DNA from: an uncultured Dehalococcoidaceae bacterium
GTDB lineage: Bacteria; Chloroflexota; Dehalococcoidia; Dehalococcoidales; RBG-16-60-22
DNA length: 28,465 bases
Assembly (NCBI GenBank): GCA_964346525.1
Contig: CAYFVI010000086.1
Location: forward strand, 1-28,465
Direction of reading: 5' to 3'
The notes below the pieces were generated by a model that searched no databases, was not told the origin of the DNA, and was given only the letters and a program-made list of their open reading frames with translations. Position numbers and translations under genes: made by a program. This document shows, piece after piece, positions 23,595-28,465 of this stretch; position 1 is the stretch's first letter, and each line of letters begins with the position of its first letter.

Positions 23595-25049
23595 TCACTC
23601 TCCTGAGTCGAGAACGACAGCAAAATTGGTGGTGCCCCCAAACACGTTCTTGAGCTCGGTAATGGTAATGCTTGAGAACCGCTCGCTGGCCTCCAGTTCT
23701 CTTAGGTATGAAAGGAGGTCATCTTCACTTTGGGCCTGTCCTTTGAGGGCCAGGGTATTGCCGTTCTGGCTGATAATGGTCAGGCCCACCGTTTCCGGCA
23801 AACTGTTGACGGTTACCTCAAGATTACGGTTTACTTCCTCGCTCTGCGTTTCCAGAACTGACAAGGCGAGGGCAAAGTTGCCGCCGGAGGTCTCGGCGTT
23901 GTTTATCTTCTGCTGGAGTTCAGCAATGACATCTGTATATTTTTGCTTCTGGACAATCCTTTGTTGGAGAAGTTGATTGGTAGTATTTAGCTGGCCCCTT
24001 GTCTCGGCAATATCCGCGGAGGTATTCTGAACTATCAGCGCTAGGAATATCAGCAGGCTGGCGGCAAGGACTGCGCTGGGCACGGCCAGGATTCTATTCA
24101 GGGAAATGGGCTCGGGCTGGTATACGGTGGGGACTATATTAAGTTCGCTTACCGAGAGCCCAGAACCGTTTGTCGATGCAGCCTGCTTGAGAACCAGTCC
24201 CATGTTTGCCATGTAACGGCTGGTATCAAGGCCATCAGGCTTCTCAAACGGCGGCGGCAGAGGCAAAACCGGCCGGCGTAGCCCGTCCGAAAGCATCTGG
24301 CACTGTTTATCTTCATCGGCCAGTTCGCCGGAAGCCCAGATGGGCAATGTAGCGGCAAGAGGGGTTTCCGGATTGTTGGTATTGTAGAATTCAATAGTCC
24401 GGCTAATATCGTCTTTTATCATCTTGGTTTTTTCCTGCCAGGATGATACCTTGTTGGGGAAAGGCACGGTGCGGACAGGCTGGGGGATACCGCCGGTCAT
24501 AACCACGATGTCAAATTCGGTCGGCTGAACATCGACGATAATAGCCATCGTGTCCTTTACCATTCTGGCCAGGAGCATGGGTTTCAGGTCCATCAGGTCT
24601 GACTTGAGGCCGGCAAGATGCAGCGTATTGAACAAAGCGTCGGCGGCGGTACGGGGAATCGCTACCAGGTAGACCTGTAGTTTTCCCTCCGGAGCGGGGA
24701 TGGACTGCCACGAAATGTAAAGCTGGTCGGGAGAGACCGGCAGCACCCGCTTTGCCTCCCGCCTTACCGCCTCCTCCAGCATGTCCCTGGGAAGCTGAGG
24801 CAGGAGGAGAGGGCGGGTAAGACAGTGCAGCCCGCTGACACCGAGGGTAACCTTATTGGCATCTATCTTGCGCATCTTGAGAGTCTGCTTGAGCTTGGCG
24901 GCAACCTCTTCCGGTTTCAGCACCACGGAGTTTTTCACCATGCCGGGCTCAAGAGGCACGTCCGCCCATTTCTTGATCCGTTGCCCGCTGGTTACCAGGA
25001 GCCGGATGCTGGTGTCATCGATGTATAAAGTGACTACTTTCTGTGCCAT
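23595..25049 (-). CDS. PilM-PilN fusion protein, copy 2
   Basis: KVVTLYIDDTSIRLL...KKWADVPLEP aligns with copy 1; ELNIVP linker, TM, coiled coil, and PilN-type LALKGQAQSEDDLLSYLRELEASERFSSI. Confidence 0.82.
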   Translation of the reverse strand: MAQKVVTLYIDDTSIRLLVTSGQRIKKWADVPLEPGMVKNSVVLKPEEVAAKLKQTLKMRKIDANKVTLGVSGLHCLTRPLLLPQLPRDMLEEAVRREAKRVLPVSPDQLYISWQSIPAPEGKLQVYLVAIPRTAADALFNTLHLAGLKSDLMDLKPMLLARMVKDTMAIIVDVQPTEFDIVVMTGGIPQPVRTVPFPNKVSSWQEKTKMIKDDISRTIEFYNTNNPETPLAATLPIWASGELADEDKQCQMLSDGLRRPVLPLPPPFEKPDGLDTSRYMANMGLVLKQAASTNGSGLSVSELNIVPTVYQPEPISLNRILAVPSAVLAASLLIFLALIVQNTSADIAETRGQLNTTNQLLQQRIVQKQKYTDVIAELQQKINNAETSGGNFALALSVLETQSEEVNRNLEVTVNSLPETVGLTIISQNGNTLALKGQAQSEDDLLSYLRELEASERFSSITITELKNVFGGTTNFAVVLDSGE

Positions 25050-25052
25050 TGC

Positions 25053-25616
25053 TTATCTTTCCTCGTAGGTATAAATCACCATCTGAATGCTGGCAGAAGA
25101 TTTTTTATCACCGGCGGGGTATGGTATGCCCATGTCAACTGACCTGACCACACCAGTAGCCAAGTTATCATTTAGCTGGGTGATGAAGCCCACCAGATTA
25201 CTGACTTCGCCTTCAATATTAGCGGTTAGCGATAACGCTCGGCAGGGTACGCTTTTCAGCTCCTCATCGACCATACCCGAAGATTTGACCTCGGTTATGT
25301 TAACGCTATTGCTCTCGGCCGTGTTGAATAATATATCGGTGATGATAATGCTGTTCATCGGTTCTGAGAGCGTTTCCCGGGCAGTTTCAGACTGCGAGAT
25401 TGTTTCGTCTAGCTGCTGCTCGAGTTCTGCCTGCTGGTTCGCGAGATCCTCAGGCTGAATTGAACTCAGCTGCGACGCGGCCAGGGCAAGCTCTTCTCTC
25501 AGTTGTTTCTTCACGCCGGACTGCTGAGAGTAGACCATCCAGAGGCTCACCAGGGCGATCAAAAAGATACCGATGCCGATAAACAGCCAGCTTTTCTTAC
25601 TCAGTTTCATCTTCAT
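25053..25616 (-). CDS. PilO/GspM-like protein, copy 2 (no insert)
   Basis: N-terminal TM, coiled coil, IEGEVSNLVGFITQLN...VRSVDM...ASIQMVIY; lies between the minor pilins and pilMN. Confidence 0.8.
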   Translation of the reverse strand: MKMKLSKKSWLFIGIGIFLIALVSLWMVYSQQSGVKKQLREELALAASQLSSIQPEDLANQQAELEQQLDETISQSETARETLSEPMNSIIITDILFNTAESNSVNITEVKSSGMVDEELKSVPCRALSLTANIEGEVSNLVGFITQLNDNLATGVVRSVDMGIPYPAGDKKSSASIQMVIYTYEER

Positions 25617-25632
25617 TCCTTAAAGATACAGG

Positions 25633-26487
25633 CTAGTTATATATCTTCCACAATGAAATATATGTATTCTCACCTTGTATCATTGCCTTACTAACAATTT
25701 TAGCGGTGGTCCTGTTAGTCTCCGGATTAATTGCGGTCGCCGTAATTTCATAAGCGGTACTGTTGATTTCACCCACGGCGCCGATATCCTCCCGACGAGC
25801 CAGTATCCAGGCGTAGTAGCCCTCTTGTTCCCCTGAACCTGCCATGTAAAAGCTCTGGGTTCGCTGTGTTTGGTTCTCAGATACCTGGGGATATGGTGAT
25901 GACATTACCCAGTTCACAAGATAAGCGCCCTCCGGGTCCAAGGTCGCATCCGGCTCGTCAGTGGAGAGGTTTTCCGTGAAATTGGCCGCTGACCCGGTCT
26001 GATAACTGTAGTTGATGGGAAGCCTGGCGCCAACTTCCTCTAGATGTATGGTTGGTTCTCCGCTGCTCGGTTGCCAGGTGACCGTAATCGTGTATTTGTA
26101 AGCATCAGCCCCTTCGTCCCAAGTGATATTGCTGCTCACGTGAAGGTATACGATGTGGCCGCCCATCTCGAGGAGTTCACCAAGATATATGGTGTGGGTC
26201 CCCTTGTCTACGGTCTGTATATTTACCTGCATATCGTTGATATTCTCGGAAAGCTGGGTGGGGGGTGGCTGGCCGTTGGCCAGCGACCATAAGATATTTT
26301 CCACGCCGGCATCGGCGGCGTAGGTGCCCTTCACGCCGGTCTGAAGCATATTGCTGGTTTTGGCGCTGGTAAAATTCAGGCTCAAGCTCGGCGCGATGGT
26401 CAGCCCGCCGATGATAAGCAGGGCCAGCGTTATGGGTAAAGCCTGTCCCGATTCTCCCTTTAGTATTTGTCGCCAAATCCTACGCAT
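25633..26487 (-). CDS. minor pilin, PilX/GspK-like (no E5)
   Basis: MRRIWRQILKGESG|QALPITLALLIIGGL, A.YAADAGVENIL. Start trimmed to 26487 after AGAGGA. Confidence 0.8.
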   Translation of the reverse strand: MRRIWRQILKGESGQALPITLALLIIGGLTIAPSLSLNFTSAKTSNMLQTGVKGTYAADAGVENILWSLANGQPPPTQLSENINDMQVNIQTVDKGTHTIYLGELLEMGGHIVYLHVSSNITWDEGADAYKYTITVTWQPSSGEPTIHLEEVGARLPINYSYQTGSAANFTENLSTDEPDATLDPEGAYLVNWVMSSPYPQVSENQTQRTQSFYMAGSGEQEGYYAWILARREDIGAVGEINSTAYEITATAINPETNRTTAKIVSKAMIQGENTYISLWKIYN

Positions 26488-26500
26488 TGTCACACATCCT

Positions 26501-27034
26501 CTAATAAACATTTGGTCGGTTATTGATGCGGTATTCCCTGGTTTCCATGGCACTCTCAACGAGGGAGGTCAGCTGCAGGGTCAGCACCGGTGCCTGGTAG
26601 CTGGCCTTGGTGGTATCATCCGGGTCCGCGGGGGCGTAATAGATATGGGTGGCAATAAGCGTCTGTTCATTGGCGCCGGCGCTGCTCCAGTGAGTCCGTT
26701 TCAGCTTGCCGGTATCGCCGGATAAATCGGCGAAGGAATAATTTGCTGTGTGATATATCTTTTCATCCAGTTCATTCCATTCCGACCACGTGAAGACGAG
26801 GAAATCCGGTGGTGTCAGGTTATCGGTGCTCACGCTCTGTGCCATTCTGGCGTCACGGCTGATCCAGTATCCGGCGGTCTGCACCTGGCGCACCGCGTTC
26901 ATATGGGTATTGTTGGTTTCGGTGCCCTTCATAATCTGGAAGATGGCGATGGAGGCGGCGCCGCTCACCAGCACGATAATGGTGGTGGCGATAATTAATT
27001 CCAGCAGGGTGTACCCTTTTTCGCCGTTTCTCAT
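26501..27034 (-). CDS. minor pilin, PilW/GspJ-like
   Basis: MRNGEKG|YTLLELIIA, AGYWISRDARMA, LKR; ATGA-coupled to the upstream gene. Confidence 0.82.
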   Translation of the reverse strand: MRNGEKGYTLLELIIATTIIVLVSGAASIAIFQIMKGTETNNTHMNAVRQVQTAGYWISRDARMAQSVSTDNLTPPDFLVFTWSEWNELDEKIYHTANYSFADLSGDTGKLKRTHWSSAGANEQTLIATHIYYAPADPDDTTKASYQAPVLTLQLTSLVESAMETREYRINNRPNVY

Positions 27035-27435
27035 CGGTCTACCTTATATCCTTCCAGGTTAAAGATGTCTTTGCCGGAGCGCTGGATGGTAATGGTGATT
27101 TTCTGGATGCCGTCATCCGGGGTATGGACTGGCTCGGCCAGCACGGTGGCGGAATACTGTGAATAATCCTTGCCCGCGGGAAAGGGAGCGGTGGAATAGG
27201 AGGTAGCGTTATATGAATAGTTGGCGTTTTTCACCCATTCCATCTGGCTTTCCGCCAGGCTCTCGGCGGTGGAGTGCTCGTCGGTGATGAAGACGGATTT
27301 GGAAGCCGTGGTCAAGCCGTTGAGGAAGGAAACGGAGACCGCGCCGAGGATAGCCACGGCGATAACCGTTTCCATGAAGGTTATTCCTGACTCCCGCCGG
27401 ATAAAATTCTTGATTAATTGTTGGAACTTCATCAT
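27031..27435 (-). CDS. minor pilin, PilV/GspI-like
   Basis: RRESG|ITFMETVIAVAILG, AESLAESQMEWVK, IQKITITI. Confidence 0.82.
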   Translation of the reverse strand: MMKFQQLIKNFIRRESGITFMETVIAVAILGAVSVSFLNGLTTASKSVFITDEHSTAESLAESQMEWVKNANYSYNATSYSTAPFPAGKDYSQYSATVLAEPVHTPDDGIQKITITIQRSGKDIFNLEGYKVDR

Positions 27436-27445
27436 TGAATTCCCC

Positions 27446-28465
27446 TTAAAATCCCGTTCCGTACATGGAATACATGGCTGAGACCAGGGAAAAGGCGATG
27501 GCGGCGATGACCACGCCGATAATCAGCGTCATGGCCGGCTGGATAAGTGAGATGAGGGAGCGGGTCTTGTCCTCGGCCTCGGCGTCATAGCTGCGGGCGA
27601 CGGCGAGCAGGGTAGCGTCGAGGTTGCCTGTTTCCTCGCCGACCCTTACCATCTGCACCATCATGGGCAGGAAGAGGCTGTTCTTGGTCATGGGCCGTGA
27701 TATACCTTCGCCCTTTATCATGTCCTGCTGGACGGTGCTGAGGGCTTTGGATATTGCCTGGTTGCGGCTGCTCTGGACGAGGAGGGGGAGGATTTCGGTC
27801 AGGGGGAGGCCGGCGCGGAAGAGCATTGACATGCTGCGGCAGAGGCGGGAGAGCTCGCTCAGGTGGACGACACGCCCGAGCAGGGGCAGGCGCAGGACGA
27901 TTTTGTCCCATCGGGCGCGGCCGTTGGGCGTTCTGATGTAGAAATAAGACAGGCCCAGTACCGTCAGCATGCCCAGCATGAGGAAGGTCCAGTACTCTTT
28001 CAATTTTCCGGAGAAGTCGATAAGCAGCCTGGCGGAAGCGGGCAGCTCAACGCCCAGCGAGGTATACAGGCTGCCGAAGCTGGGCAGGACAAAGGTTACC
28101 AGAACGGCGATGACGCCTACGGTAACCACGAAGGTAATCACCGGGTACATCAGGGCGTTTTTGGTCTCCTTGGCGGTGTTGACCTCTTTTTCCATATAAT
28201 CGGCCACCTGTTTGAGCACGGTTTCGAGGTCACCGCTCTGCTCGCCAACGCCGATGAGCCGGCAGTAGATAGGGGAAAAGATGCTGGGGTGCTTGCTCAG
28301 GGCTTTGGACAGCTGGTGGCCGGAGCGCAGGTCTGAGATGACCTCGCCCAGGACCTTTTTCAGGGCGCGGCTGGTGGCCTGTTCCTGCAGCAGTTCCAGC
28401 GAGGCAACAATATCGATGCCGGACTCCAGCAGCATGGCCATCTGCCGGTACATCAGGATAATATC
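27446..28465 (-). CDS. pilC: type IV pilus platform protein PilC, copy 2 (5'-truncated by the window edge)
   Basis: Frame is open to the edge (DIILMYRQMAMLLESG), GEQSGDLE, ALMYP, VRVGEETGNLD, IQPAMT. Confidence 0.9.
   Translation of the reverse strand, partial: DIILMYRQMAMLLESGIDIVASLELLQEQATSRALKKVLGEVISDLRSGHQLSKALSKHPSIFSPIYCRLIGVGEQSGDLETVLKQVADYMEKEVNTAKETKNALMYPVITFVVTVGVIAVLVTFVLPSFGSLYTSLGVELPASARLLIDFSGKLKEYWTFLMLGMLTVLGLSYFYIRTPNGRARWDKIVLRLPLLGRVVHLSELSRLCRSMSMLFRAGLPLTEILPLLVQSSRNQAISKALSTVQQDMIKGEGISRPMTKNSLFLPMMVQMVRVGEETGNLDATLLAVARSYDAEAEDKTRSLISLIQPAMTLIIGVVIAAIAFSLVSAMYSMYGTGF

Overview
This is a bacterial window, by gene style probably from Chloroflexi/Dehalococcoidia (inference only). 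The left end carries a minus-strand housekeeping operon (SurA/PrsA-like foldase, hom, thrC, folE) that runs into a truncated tRNA-Lys(UUU) fragment. The remaining ~24 kb is a large two-armed type IV pilus locus with no secretin in the window. The + arm has an acidic coiled-coil protein, PilB, PilC, a membrane protein, PilO and a PilM-PilN fusion. The - arm has a second PilC, three minor pilins, a second PilO, a second PilM-PilN fusion, PilT and PilD. Between the arms lies a regulatory block: winged-helix and RHH-like regulators, a GH3-family adenylating enzyme, a 7TM-GAF-GAF-GGDEF-HD-GYP protein, two NarL/LuxR regulators and a 6-TM histidine kinase, followed by two ~95% identical tandem major pilins. 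The most striking observation is that the + arm PilO (9218-10168) carries a complete pilin head domain, homologous to the local major pilins, inserted into a loop of its PilO fold. No database searches were run; family calls rest on motifs read by eye.
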